Below are positions 39,652 through 53,165 of a DNA stretch of 64,000 bases, piece by piece. This stretch comes from the human T2T-CHM13v2.0 reference genome, Homo sapiens. The translations under genes were made by a program, and so were the position numbers. The notes below the pieces were generated by a model. The model did no database searches. It was not told the origin of the DNA and worked only from the letters and a program-made list of their open reading frames with translations. The stretch covers positions 38,080,001-38,144,000 of the forward strand of contig CP068257.2 of the NCBI GenBank assembly GCA_009914755.4. The letters run 5' to 3'. Each line of letters begins with the position of its first letter. Position 1 is the stretch's first letter.

Positions 39652-40891
39652 TAAAAAACAAATATATGCTATGCTGGTAACAGTGCTTGTGTCTGTACGA
39701 TGGTCTTATGAGTAATCTGTCTTAAAATTTTCCTCCTTTTTGCTTTCTTTTCCTAATTTTTCTATAATGACTGTGTATCACTTTTATAATAAAGAAAATC
39801 ATAAAAGTTAGTCATTAAAAATTCATAACGCTTAACTATGGGTGCTACTGAAATTACAAATAGTTGTTATTTTCTTCTTTATGTTGAGTCTAATAGAAAA
39901 CTGCTATTTGTATAGATTACAAAAAGTTAAATATTGGCCCTTTAATTTAACTTACTTTTAAAAATATTTTCTAAATATTCTACAGGAATCATATGCCTAA
40001 ATTCCTCATATACCTAAATTTTTGAAATTCCTCAAAAGCCTTTTGTTAAAGGATTTTAAAAAAGATAACATCATGGTTCTCATACAAATCTAAATAAATT
40101 CCTGCCAAGGATTTAAGTCATGAATGAAGGAATGGGCAAGATGTTACAAGAGATTCAATGGAGAACTCAAAGAACACGCATATATATGCCATCATGGACG
40201 CTGAAAAATTTACAAATAGAAGCAAAATTGGTCAATATCTGCAGGGCAAAAATCGATGACTTCTCCCCCAAAGTTCACTTGCATTTCCAGGTATACAAAC
40301 TATCTGCTTGCTCTCATCTTCCTACAGCTTAGAGTTGTAAATCCCTTAAGAGCAGCTCAGGCCCTATTAAATCAGATCACTCCACAATCTTCGCCCATTT
40401 CAACTTCTTTTTACAATTTTCCTGATGTTCCTTTTTACACCTGAAGATAAAAGGCAAACTCTTGACTGTGTGCTTGGGCCTGGCCCCTCTGTGGGCTCGT
40501 CTAAGACCACCCCTCACTCTCACTTCCTTGCATTCAGTATGTACCAGCCTCTTTTAACTTCCTAAGGGGTCCCAGGCCCCCTGGCACCCACCCTGCTGCC
40601 TCGATACCCATCATTCTCTCTGCCCCAAGAGGTGGTCCTCCCCACGCCCCCTCATCCTACCCACTTAATGCCTAAAATCTGCCCCTCACCTGAGTACAAA
40701 CCCCCTTTCCTCAGGGATTCCCAGGGCCTCTCTCCCTCCATCAACAGTTCCTTCAGGGCCTTGACTGCAATTTAAATTACAACATGAATATGTTTTATGC
40801 AAATCTAAACTTTGTGATTTTAAAATAGCATAGGCTAAAAATGTTAGTAAAGTCTCTCTTTATGCTTAAACTTTGAAATAATGCAAATCTC

Positions 40892-40925
40892 CCAAATTAC
40901 CAAACAAAACAAAACAAAACAAAAC
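40892..40925. repeat. (CAAAA)n microsatellite
   Basis: caaacaaaacaaaacaaaacaaaaca. Confidence 0.8.
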
Positions 40926-40977
40926 ACACACCTCAAAGCAAAAGTCTCTCCCAGGACTGTACATTTTTAAAGCTGCA

Positions 40978-41036
40978 TTTCAAAACCTGCACGTTGTGAA
41001 CATGTACCCTAGAACTTAAAGTATAATTTAAAAAAA
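40978..41036 (+). mobile_element. LINE-1 3'-terminal tip with poly(A)
   Basis: aaaacctgcacgttgtgaacatgtaccctagaacttaaagtataatttaaaaaaaaaa is near-identical to the L1 3' terminus. Confidence 0.65.
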
Positions 41037-42571
41037 AAAGCTGCATTTCCAAAGAGTGGTAAATAGGGCTTCCTCTCTTGCCCCAGTGTGGCCTCTCTGT
41101 AACTGGTCAATAGAAACAGTCCCGGCCCGGGGTCACCGGGTTGGGGACCCTGTACTTGCTATGGAACTTCCGAGAGTGGCTATTACTAAGGCATATGCAT
41201 TGATGTTGTAGCACTCATTGTTATCATAACTTAACATCTTCCAGAAGCTCTAACAATATTCTCCAGTAGTGGTGCTGAGGCTGAGGCTGAGGCCGGGCAT
41301 CTTGGTGAGGGGAGTCAGATGGGATCAGTGCTTTGCTGGCCAGCCCTCACAACTCCTGGTGCCGACTGACGCATGATGACAGAGGCCAAGAGATTACAAA
41401 GCACACAGGGCACAAATGCACTACCCTGACCTCAGATTTCTATTCCTATGGCACATTGTTCTGGAGTTATTTGAATTATGACTTATGCTAGGCCTGCAGA
41501 GACATGGCCCATGGATAAGATGCTACAACCCTGTGTATATTTGTGAGATTATTCGGCTAATATGTTGTCTCCCTGATCTGTCTGCTTTGTTCACCATTTT
41601 TCTTACCAGCTCCTAGTAGAAGGGAAAAAAATATTTCCTCTTGTTCGTGTGAAAAAAAAAAAAACCCCTCACCACTCAATGTGCTTTTTCCTGTTCTCTC
41701 ATTCAACACCGTAACAACTAGCACAGACTTCTGGGTGGGGTTGGGGTTCTCCAACACAAATTGGCAGGGGTGGGGTTCTCCCCACCACCGAGCAAGCACT
41801 CAGCTCTGCACTGGACAGTGGCTGGGTGTCCTGCAATTCCATTCTGACATTTTCTACTTGGAGACAGCTCAGATCCCACAGGGCGAGGGCTCTGTTACAC
41901 AAGACAGACCCCCTGTACTTTCCCACCGATCTGCATGTCCAGGCCTCCAGAACTTCTGACCGACCGGCTTCAAGCTGGAGTTCCCACAATCCCTTCTTTT
42001 GGTTTAATCCATTTGCTAGAATGACTCTCAGGAAAACACTTGTTTATGTTTACCGGCTTATGATAAAGGATATTGCAACTCACACCATGAAGATGCGCAG
42101 GGCGAGGGATGTGGGAAGGGGGGCGGAGCTTCCATGCCTTCCCTGGGTGTGTGGCCCCCCAGGAACCTCCATGTGTTCCGGAGACGTCATTGGATATGTA
42201 TCGTTGCAGCGTGGACAGGTGTGTTGAAATGAGACTGGGCAAAAAGGGTTTGGTCTAAACCCAGCAGGGCCTGTCTGTTCACATTCTTTTGGCCTCTCTC
42301 TGCAGCATTCCTTCCTCCAAGGGATGCGGCAGGACCCTTTCTGGAATGAGGGCCTTATGACCCACAAACAGGCTAGAGTTCGGCTATGGGAAGGTGAAAG
42401 GAGAGTGGGAGTAGGTCAGAGAGAGAGATTCTGTTTACTCAAGAGAGTACGCAGAAGGGTGATGGGAGTTATGAGCCAGGAACCATGGGTGGAAACCTAT
42501 TGTGTGTATATATCTATGTCATCGATATCTATTTCTATCTATATATCACACTTCTACTCTCTTACATTCAG

Positions 42572-42955
42572 CAGCTGATGCATTAGTCTGTTTTCATGCT
42601 GCTGATAAGGACATACCCAAGGCTGGGAAGAAACAGAGGTTTAATGGACTCACAGTTCCAGGGGGCTGGGGAGGCCTCATAATCATGACAGAAGGCAAAG
42701 GCACCTCTTTCATGGCAGTAGCAAGAAAGAATGAGAGAAGTGAAAGCGGAAACCCTTTTTAAAACCATCAGATCTTGTGAGACTTATTCACTACCATGAG
42801 AACAGTATGGGGGAAACCGCCCAACAGCCGCTTGATTCAATTAGCTCCCTCTGGGTCCTTCCCACAATACGCAGGAATTAACGGAGCTACAGTTCAAGAT
42901 GAGATTTAGGTGGGGACACAGAGCCAAACCATATCAGCTGGCAACTGTGAATTAA
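42572..42955 (-). mobile_element. THE1-type MaLR LTR
   Basis: Reverse complement of THE1: gcattagtctgttttcatgctgctgataaggacatacccaaggctgggaagaaacagaggtttaatggactcacagttccagggggctggggaggcctcataatcatgacagaaggcaaaggcacctctttcatggcag ... gagatttaggtggggacacagagccaaaccatatca. Confidence 0.8.
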
Positions 42956-43360
42956 AGTGACAAAACATAGAGTCACAGGAGAAAAGGCATACACATTTTA
43001 CTTGATAATATTTTAATTTTTATGTGCGTGGAGGCCTTCAAAGAAAGTGGAGACCCAAACAAGTGGTTCGATTTGGGAGCTTAGATACCATTTTAGCAAA
43101 GGGCAATACACTGCGGAGAGGTGACAAAGGAAAAGGGGTTTGGGCTTCTAGGGGTGGACACTGGGCGAGTAGACACACAGGTGAAAGTTGTGAAAGATTG
43201 GGTCATTTTGCAAGGTTTAATCCATGCAGACTCATCTCGGTGCTGTCTCCTTCTCTGGTGATAGAGGTCGTTCTTATCTCCCTCATAGGAGGGATGAGGG
43301 TACATCTTCACAAGGGAAATTTATGCCCTCCTCTCTGGCAGATACGAGGAGGGCAGAAGC

Positions 43361-43696
<336 letters not shown>

Positions 43697-43699
<3 letters not shown>

Positions 43700-43708
43700 T
43701 CTTTTTCT
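43697..43708. other. Candidate target-site duplication, left copy (ccctctttttct), of the HERV-W retrosequence
   Basis: ccctctttttct sits immediately 5' of the poly-T tract on the + strand, and the same 12-mer recurs at 50898-50909 just beyond the R start. Its first 3 nt overlap the last bases of the adjacent Alu, so the true TSD may be 9-10 bp. Confidence 0.5.
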
Positions 43709-43733
43709 TTTTTTCTTCTGCTTTTTTTTTTTT
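43709..43733 (-). repeat. Poly(A) tail of the HERV-W retrosequence (poly-T on + strand)
   Basis: A T-rich run (tttttttcttctgctttttttttttt) lies directly adjacent to the R-region end ...tcttgcaactgc. Confidence 0.75.
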
Positions 43734-44080
43734 GCAGTTGAAAGATTTAATAGAGTGAAATAGAGTGAAAATAGAGCTCCCATACAAAAGGAGGAGACCC
43801 AAAGGGGGTTGCCGTTGCTGGCTCGAATGCCTGGGTTTATATCCCAATCATTGTCCCTCTCACTGTTCTCTCAGGCAACAGATGATTGGTTATTTCTTTA
43901 TCTCCGTTTTTGCCTAATTAGCATTTTAGTGAGCTCTCCTTACTATCTGGTTGGGTGTGAGCTAAGTTGCAAGCCCCTTGTTTAAAGGTGGAAGTGGTCA
44001 CCTTCCCAGCTAGGCTTAGGGATTCTTAGTCAGCCTAGGAAATCCAGCTAGTCCTGTCTGTCAGTCCTCTCTCTCAACAG
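43734..44080 (-). repeat. HERV-W 3' LTR (LTR17): U3 plus R, ending at the poly(A) site (no U5)
   Basis: See the HERV-W entry. U3 starts at about 44076-44080 (tgagagagagg... on the minus strand). R ends at 43734. Confidence 0.85.
43746..43751 (-). promoter_or_regulatory. Retroviral poly(A) signal ATTAAA in R
   Basis: The minus strand reads tctattaaatcttgcaactgc, placing ATTAAA about 12-17 nt upstream of the junction with the poly(A) tract. Confidence 0.6.
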
Positions 44081-44120
44081 GAAAACCCAAGTGCTGTTGG
44101 GGAGGTTGGCGATGACTGCT

Positions 44121-44390
44121 CTAACTGCTTCCTGCTGGCCTGGGGTGTAGTAGGGGTTGTGCAGTTGAGATTTCCTCAGGAGGGGTGCCTTCGATGTCGT
44201 TAACATTGGAGCATGGGCTGTCAGGGTGGTCCAGGGGTCCGCGGTAGATCTTAGTCATGGACTGCATCTGGGGCTCCATTTGAAGAATGATTTGTAGTTT
44301 TACAGCTTTAATTCTGGAAGAGACAAACTTAACAAGGAGGTTAAAGATACAGGGATTCAAATGTATGGCCTGGGGATACTTCTTAGGCAC
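44121..44390 (-). pseudogene. HERV-W env remnant: TM cytoplasmic tail only (syncytin-1-like C-terminus)
   Basis: The ORF translates to ...PCIFNLLVKFVSSRIKAVKLQIILQMEPQMQSMTKIYRGPLDHPDSPCSNVNDIEGTPPEEISTAQPLLHPRPAGSS*, closely matching the syncytin-1 C-terminal roughly 75 aa. The N-terminal 12 aa of the track ORF (MPKKYPQAIHLN) are out-of-frame integrase sequence. Confidence 0.8.
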
Positions 44391-45514
44391 ACTTTACAGG
44401 CCCCAACTACCTGCTTAAGAGTTTTGAAAAGTCCTGGTCCAGTAAATAACAATTTGGCCATCTGATGGGTGCTATCAATGCATAAGTGAAAGTTTTGGTG
44501 AGTGGTTTTAAGTAATTTCCATTGGTTAGCTGCAGGCAAAGGTATTTTTCCTTGTTCGGTGGCTTGCCATCCTGAGGGGAGAAAACTATGTCCTCGTGAG
44601 ATTCCCCATTCTATTTCTTCTTCTGAATACTGGGGCTTGGTTTCCCAGAGGGGATTACCCCATACTAGGGGTCCTTCTATAAGCATTTCTAATGGAGGGT
44701 CCTGCCTTGCAGCTCTTTTGGCTTCAATATCTGCTTGGCGGTTCCTTTCTATTTCCCTTTCCTTTCCTTTCTGATGACCCCGGCAGTGTAAGACTGCCAC
44801 CTCTTTAGGTTTCTGTACGGCCAATAATAATTCCCTAATGGCTTCCTGATGTTTGATAGGTGTTCCCTCAGAAGTTAGGAATTCCCTTTCTCTCCATATT
44901 ACTGCATGGGCATGGAGGACTAGGTAAGCATACTTAGAGTCTGTATATATATTTACCCTTTTTCCTTCTCCTAATTCTAGTGCCCGAGTGAGTTTTGCCA
45001 GCTGAGCACTAGTTCCTGGAGTGAGGGGATTACTTTCAAGTATTCCATTATCACTGACTACTGCATACCCCACTTTTTGAAGTCCTTTTTCTACAAAGGA
45101 TCTTCCATCAGTATACAAGTTAGGGTTGGGATCAGTCAAGGGAACCTCTAAATGGTCCCCTCGAGTGGCATAGGTTTGAGCAATTACTTGTTGACAGTTA
45201 TGTTCTATCTTTTCTTCATTGTGTGGAAGAAATGTGTCCAGGTTAAGAGCTGCACAAGTGCACAGTCGCAGCATTGGCCCTTCAAGTAATAGAGCCTGAT
45301 ATTTAAGTAAATGGTTGTCTGACAGCCACAAGTCTCCTTTAGCAGTGAGTATGCCATTCACATCATGTGATGTCCACACAGTAAGATTTCTTCCCTGTAT
45401 TATTTTAACTGCTTCAGATACTAAGACTGCTACTGCCACCACTACCCGTAAACAATGAGGCTGACCCTTTGCCACTACATCAATTTCCTTACTCAGGTAT
45501 GCCACGGGTTGCAA
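44357..45514 (-). pseudogene. HERV-W pol fragment: RT connection/thumb, RNase H, integrase N-terminal HHCC zinc finger (truncated by internal deletion)
   Basis: The 385-aa ORF contains YLSKEIDVVAKGQPHCLRVVVAVAVLVSEAVKI, the RNase H motifs LYTDGRSF and NIYTDSKYAYLVLHAHAVIW, GHQKG...NRQADIEAKRAA, then the integrase zinc finger THQNFHLCIDSTHQ...GACKVC. It is frame-shifted relative to the upstream RT ORF. Confidence 0.8.
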
Positions 45515-46928
45515 ACTCGTCCCTCAGACCAGCGCAAGGACTCTTAGAGCTATTCATGTTTTTTTTTTTCTTTGTTTGTTTGTTTTTTGTGACATATGAG
45601 GAAAAGTCTTGCCCCGTTAGCAAGCTTAGCACTGGGGCTTGCATTAGGGCCTTCTTTAGGGCGTGGAAAGCTGCTTCTGCTTCAGGTGTCCATCTTACTA
45701 AATGGGTATTGGCTTTCTGAGTTTCCTTAATTAGCGTATATAACGGTCTGGCTATTTTGCCGTACCTGGGAATCCATATTCGGCAGAAACCTGTTATGCC
45801 AAGGAACCCTCTTAGTTGCTTTAGGGTTTTGGGATGAGGATAAGCCAGTATAGGCTGGATACGTTCCTCACTGAGGGCCCTGGTGACTTTGGATAATTTT
45901 AGCCCTAAGCATTTAACCTGCTGTGAGCAGAGCTGAGCCTTTGGTTTGGAAACCTTGTAGCCACAGGTAGTGAGGAAATTTAAGAGCGCTTGGGTGGCTT
46001 GATGGCACAAGGTTTCTGAACGGGCAGCTAAAAGTAAATCATCCATGCACTGAAGGACAGGAGTGTCCAGGTATGAGAACTGGCTCAAGTCTTGGGCTAA
46101 TGCCTGGCCAAATAGATGGGGACTATCCCTGAACCCTTGGGGTAAAACAGTCCAGGTGAGTTGAGATGTTGGGTTTGAAGGATCTTCAAATGCAAACAAG
46201 AATTGAGAGTCAGGATGTACAGGGATGCAGAAAAAGGCATCCTTAAGATCCAGGACTGTAAACCACTCTGCTTCCTCTGGTATTTGGGAAAGCAGAGTAT
46301 AAGGGCTAGGTATAGCTGGGTATAGAGGAAAAACAGCCTCATTGATAATCCTGAGATCTTGCACTAACCTCCACTGTCTTTTGGGTTTCTGTACTCCTAA
46401 AATTGGAGTATTGCAGGGGCTACTGTATGGTTTTACTAGGCCTTGGGCTTTTAGGTCCTTAACAATCTTTTGGAGTCTTTGTTGGGCCTCGGGTCTGAGG
46501 GGGTACTGCCTTTGATAGGGAAAGGAGGTGGAATCCTTTAGTTTAACTTGGACAAAATGGGCATTCTTTGCTTGTCCATATTGTCCTTCTGTTGCCCAGA
46601 CTTCAGGACTAATTCCTTCCTCAAGCAGGAGATGACAAATGGGTGTTCCTTCTCCTATGTTCAGGTGTATAATGGCCCCTGCTTTTACTAGAATCTCTCT
46701 CTCTAACAAGGGAGTGAGGCTTTCAGGCATAATTAGGAAAGCATGTGAAAAGGGTAAAGCTCCCCAGTCACAACTTAGTGGCTGGAAGAAGTATCTAGTG
46801 ACTGGCTGTCCTAGGACCCCTCGGATAGTGACAGATCTGGAGGACAGTTGTCCGGGACAGGAGAGTAAGACTGAGAAGGCCGCACCGGCGTCCAGGAGAC
46901 AGTTAACCTCTTGGCCCTCAATGGTCAA
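45489..46928 (-). pseudogene. HERV-W pro-pol fragment: protease plus reverse transcriptase, 479-codon open frame
   Basis: The protease motif is LLDAGAAFSVL (DTGA-like). RT motifs are WRLVQDLRIINEAV, FTVLDLKDAFFCIPVHPDSQFLFAFEDP, TWTVLPQGFRDSPHLFGQAL and the catalytic box LQCMDDLLLAA (YxDD with Y replaced by C). The frame is the same as upstream gag, separated by a stop, which is the gammaretroviral read-through arrangement. Confidence 0.85.
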
Positions 46929-47036
46929 GCATACCTGGGGCTCTGTGAGGGTGATGGCATGGGCTGGCGCTTGCCCTGGGCACCCTCAGCCCTGCTGCTG
47001 GATCATCTGGTTAGTGTCTTCTGACTCAGAGGACCT

Positions 47037-48445
47037 TCATCCCCTGGGGCAGTGGGCCTTCCAGTGATTCCCTTGACATAAGGGGCATGGACAAGAGGGC
47101 GGCTTACTTCTACTTGGACAATCTTTTTTAAAGTGTCCTTGTAGACCGCACTGGAAGTAAGCCCTATTAGGCATTCGATTTGCCCAGCTTTTCCCTTTTA
47201 CAGAGCCTCCAAAGTCCACTTGCCTGAGGGCCATGACTAAAGTGATGGCCTTTTTTTTATCCTGTTTGTCCTGTTCTGCCTGCTCCTCCTGATCTCTATT
47301 ATAAAAAAGCGAGGTTGCCAAGTTCAATAGGGTTTCTAAGTTTTGCTCCAGGCCTAAGACAGACTTTTGAAGTTTTTTCCTAATGTCTGCAGCTGACTGA
47401 GTGATAAACTTATCCTTTAAGATTAGTTGGCCTTCACTAGAGTCAGGTGACAGGGAGGTATGCTTCCTCAATGCCTCCCTTAGTCTCTCCAGAAAGGCAG
47501 TAGGATTTTCTTCCTTTCCCTGTGCTATAGTGTACATCATTGAATAATTCACAGCCTTCTTCCTAGTTTTCCTTAGTCCTTCTAGCACACACGTGAGCAA
47601 ATGTCTGCGGCACCAATCTCCATGTTCTGATTCTGTGTGCCAGTGAGGGTCTACACTGGGGACTGCCTGCTGCCCTGTGGGGAATCATTCTCTTTCTTCT
47701 GTTGTCATCCTGTCATTGACCTGACTGAGATACCAGAGATCGCCAAACTCTCAGGCTGCAGTAATGGTGGCACTTTTTCATTTGGGGTTAGTGTCTGATT
47801 TAGCAGTAACATTATATCTCTCCATGTCAGATCAAAGGATTGTCCTAACCCTTGTAAAACATCAATATAGCCATCAGGGTTATCTGAGAATTTACCTAGG
47901 TCTATTTTAATTTGCTTTAAGTCTGAGAGAGAAAAAGTTACATGCACTCTGGCTGGGCTGAATTCTCCTCCTCCCGCTGCTTGGAGGGGGCATAATCGGG
48001 GAATATTGGCACTCTTTGGTTCATTGTTTACCCCTTTGTCTATCTCCTTTTGGACCATTTGGGCTGAAGCGGGGGTTCTTATTAGTTGGGGAAGGAGTCG
48101 GGGGATGTTGGGGTAGGGAGGTAGATTCTGAGGGCTTCCTGTAGGGCACAAGTCATACTTTTTGCATAACTGCGAGTTGTCTCTTAATGAAAAGAAAGTT
48201 TGTACATATGGCACTTCACTCCATTTGCCTTCTTTTCTACAAAAGAGGTCTAGCTGTAAGATGGTGTTATAATTTATACTTCCCTCAGGAGGCCAGCTTT
48301 CTTCCCCTTGAAGAGAATATCACGGCCAGGCGGTACTGCAGAAGAATATAAGTCATTTCTTTCTTAGCGTCTGAGGGTCAAATTGGTCCTAATTCTCCAG
48401 AATACATCTTAGGGGCAATTTTGCCTTGGGGGGAACGTTTCCCAT
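47037..48445 (-). pseudogene. HERV-W gag (MA-p12-CA-NC) with premature stops and a frameshift
   Basis: The start ATG is the reverse complement at 48443-48445. The N-terminus is MGNVPPKAKLPLRCILEN* ... [44 protein letters not shown] (PPxY late domain). The C-terminal ORF 47037-47600 contains the NC zinc knuckles CFQCGLQGHFKKDC and CPLCQGNHWKAHC. Confidence 0.85.
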
Positions 48446-50352
48446 CTGAAAAAGGAACATAGGGATGCCAGCATCCCTAGTCATTTTCCGATGAGCATTA
48501 GTCCTAGAGTGTCCTCTGTGGTCCTAATGCTTATTCCTTTCCAGGGTGCGTAACCACCCATGGACCTCTGCTTATCGGATTAGTTACACTCACCGATGTA
48601 GCAGTCCTGCACCTGTTTTCCCGCCTTTCTTGACCACAAAGAAAGGGGTCCGGGCTGCTGGATTCTAGTGGTCCTTTACCAGCGTGCCCAACATTGCCTT
48701 TGCGCTCAGGGGTGAGTCCTAGAGCTGGGCTGGGTTCCTGAGTATTTCATAACAACCCAGCTGCCCCATCAAGATGCATTCCCATAAACAACAGTTTTTA
48801 TGCAAATTCGTTTCAGAGAGGGTGTAGCGAACCTTTTGAGTCAGGATTGAGATAGTCTTTTGATTCTGTAAGTACTTTAAGGCTTGGCTGAGTGCAAACA
48901 GCTCGCACATTTGAGGAGACCAATTATTAGGCAATTTTTCTAACTCTGCTTCCACAAGAGTCTCCGTATCAATTACTGAATACCCATTGTGTTTTTTTCC
49001 TCAATCACCTGGGAGGAACCATCTATCATCCTGTCCTGAAGGAAGATCCTCCTAGGTCTGGTCGGACCTTTGTATGGTAATTAAGATGTAAATCCCCTGT
49101 TAGAAAATCTGCTGGGTTAAGGGAATTATCAGCGGTTGGAGTTACATTACTTTTTTCTAACATAATGGCCCCATACTTTAAGATTTTTGAGTTAGTAAGC
49201 TACCTTTTTGCTTTTTTGACTTAGACTAATTCTGAACTGGTGAGGTGTGCTCACAGCGAAGTTTCCTCTAAAAGTTACTTTTCTACTTTTAGCAAAGCAG
49301 TTGCCGCTACCAACTGAATGCATTTGGTTCATCCGTGGGTTACTGGGTTAAGGATTTTAGACAGGAAGGCTATGGGTTGTCAGTGGCCTCAGTGCTTTTG
49401 GGCTACGCCCTTATTTACACTGACAACAAAGTGGCATTGGAGTGTTATAGGTTCATAGAGAAGATCTTCAATTATCAATTATGGGTTTCAAATTTACCCT
49501 GGCTTTTAAAGGAATAGGGCACACTTTTTTTTTTAACTATTTCTTTTTCTTTCTTTTACTCTTTGACTTCCTTGGAATCCGTGAGGCCAAGAACCTGCCT
49601 CTCTGTCTCTCTCTCTCTCTTCATCTCTCTCTCTCTCTCTCCATCTCTCTCTCTCCGTGTCTCTCTCTTAGCCATTACAAACTTGGGGCCCTGGCAAGGG
49701 TGGTGGGGAACGGGTCCTGCATAACTGCTCATGTCAAGAGCTGTATACCTAAATTAGGAGGGACGCCAGGGATAAGACTCCCTGGGCTATAGCCTAGGTG
49801 CCTGAGGACGCAGCGTAGAGCTTCCTTAGATCCCTTTGGAGATACAACTTGCTAGAGGAAATGAAAGTCTGAACCATTAGTACCTAGGAGGCAGGGATCA
49901 GAGGAAATAGATTCAGAGGTAAGGAGAATTTTGGGGCTATACTTTCAAGAAAGTCGTGTTCGGGACCCAGGAGGTATGGGTCAGAAGGAAAGGTAAGGGC
50001 GCATGCGTGGGCGACTGTTGAGTAGAGACTTCTGGCTGAGCCATGATCTCAATCAGCTACTGCTGGGAGGTCGGGACGACAGCTTTCTGCCTCTAGTTGG
50101 CCCTTGGTTTCCCCAAGAAAATTGAAAGTGGAAGCTGGCTCCAGGCAGACCAATGTCCCCAACAACCCCAGAAGGGTTGGGGGTTGTTAGAAAGCCCTTC
50201 CCCAGATAGCCTCACACCTGAGTCTTAAGTCAGGCGGCCACGCTAATCGTTTTTAACTGGCCGACAGGTGTCCGGTATTTTCCTCCACCTCTAAGGAAGG
50301 CTAGGACAGTATAGCAAGCGAAAGTGGTCCAATATTACTCACTGCTTTGGAT
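48446..50352 (-). other. HERV-W leader/pre-gag region, about 1.9 kb, containing a (GA)n simple repeat (CT-rich on + at 49601-49672)
   Basis: Non-coding stretch between the PBS and the gag ATG. ctctgtctctctctctctcttcatctctctctctctctccatctctc at 49601-49672. Confidence 0.7.
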
Positions 50353-50370
50353 GTCCCTTCGTGGTTGCCA
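50353..50370 (-). promoter_or_regulatory. Retroviral primer-binding site (tRNA-complementary, 18 nt) immediately 3' of U5
   Basis: The minus strand reads ...gagcaaggaccccccaccccccgtaacattt TGGCAACCACGAAGGGAC atccaaagcag, a TGG-initiated 18-mer directly after the U5 end. Confidence 0.7.
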
Positions 50371-50897
<527 letters not shown>

Positions 50898-50909
50898 CCC
50901 TCTTTTTCT
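50898..50909. other. Candidate target-site duplication, right copy (ccctctttttct)
   Basis: It lies immediately beyond the first nucleotide of R and matches 43697-43708. Confidence 0.5.
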
Positions 50910-51544
50910 ATCTCTACTTTTTCTCAATTATCTTCAGCTCAAAATAATTTATATGCCAAAATGGCATATTTTGGGGTGGCATATCCTAATCCCTTTCAGC
51001 ATAGAGGTTTATTTTTTTGAATCAATAACTGAGGAATAATTATTCTTACTAAAACTCAATAATTCAACTCAGAAGGGTCTTCCAAAGAAGTTGGTCTCCC
51101 AGCATGCTCTGGGTTCTGTTTGCTTGCTGATGGAACACAGTTAACATAGCTCACGGGACTCGTGATGCTTGCGTGCTGTGAATAATAAGACACTTTCGGA
51201 ATGGGGGCTCAGCACACTGTCAGGGCTCTCAGAGTTTGCCATTGTTATCATTATTATTATTAGCTATCATTGTTTTTATTGCCTACTATTACAATTTCTA
51301 ACATGCCTCTATTCGCCCTTCAAGTGAGTAAAACATTCCTCAGAACTTGCCTGGCAAAAGCACCTTGGAGAAGTTCAGGCTGCTGGTGAGGGTCTAGGGC
51401 TGACCCCAGCACGCCCTAAGGAAGGTCAGCCCAAGGGCAGGCACTTGGCTTGGTTAGTTGCTTTCTCCTGCCTAGGCTAAGTGTTAAGTGCTCTCTGAAT
51501 AGCCACTGCATAAAATTAGTGGATAACACAACTAACCTGGTGAA

Positions 51545-51895
51545 TTAGTCTGTTTTCACGCTGCTGAAGTCATACCCGAGACCGGGAAGAAAGAGTTTTA
51601 ATGAACTCACAGCTCCATGTGGCTGGGGAGGCCTCACAATCATGGCCGAAGGTGAAAGGCACTTCTTACATGGCAGCAGCAAGAGCGAATCAGAGAGCCA
51701 AGCAAAAGGGATTTCCCCTTATAAAACCATCAGAACTCATGAGACTTATTCACTACCAGAGAACAGTATGGGGAAACTGCCGCCATGATTCAGTTATCTC
51801 CCACCAGGTCCCTCCCACAACAGGTGGGAATTATGGGAGGACAATTCAAGATGAGATTTGGGTGGGGACACAGCCAAACCATATCACCTGGCCAC
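51545..51895 (-). mobile_element. THE1-type MaLR LTR
   Basis: gaattagtctgttttcacgctgctgaagtcatacccgagaccgggaagaaagagttttaatgaactcacagctccatgtggctggggaggcctcacaatcatggccgaaggtgaaaggcacttcttacatggcagcagcaagag ... gagatttgggtggggacacagccaaaccatatcacc. Confidence 0.8.
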
Positions 51896-52554
51896 ATGGC
51901 CTGGGGGTTCCAGGAACCTGGAAGTGGACTTAACTGTAATATCAAAGAAGAAGCTCCTCTGCCAACACTGACTTAGCAGAACTGTTTAATGAATTAGTTA
52001 CTTAGGAATGACGGGAGTTACCTCCAAGTTAATAAGGATGATGAAAATTCATTATTTACACAAGGAAACCCACAGAACCAGGCAAGAGACCACCTAAAAT
52101 TTTGTTCACCTAAAATTCTAGAGTTCTTTGAGCAAACCAAATGAGTGGTTGTATCATTTTAAATTCACAGGAATAGATAGGAAGTCTAGGTCATTAACAT
52201 AATTTGTGCTCTCAGTTCATTTTTCAAGTGGGCTTCCTATTGCATTTTTCTTCTGATTCAGTTGAGCTAGGGTGACAACTCCTAAATGTGTGATATTTTC
52301 AGCTAAGTGCTAGTGTCCAAGGACAAGGCAACTCTGGAAAGAAAATGGTTTAAGTGAGCAGTAGCCAGAGAAACAGAGTGCACATGAAAAACTCTGGCAA
52401 AAAAAAAAAAAACCGATTCCTGTTAAAAATGGCTTTTAACACTGAAGCACTGAAGGATTAAATGTTCATAATTTAGAATTGATGATTATACCAGATTTTC
52501 AGATATGGCCATTTTCTGTGGAGGGAGAAACACTACTCTCTGTCAGTTTTGACT

Positions 52555-53165
<611 letters not shown>

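Noticed and set aside
48719-48955. 78-codon minus-strand ORF (MEAELEKLPNNWSPQMCELFALSQALKYLQNQ...) inside the HERV-W pre-gag leader. I considered it as a possible leader-encoded accessory ORF.
   Set aside because: It is short, has no recognisable motif, and lies in a region where HERV-W copies are known to be non-coding. It is most likely chance.
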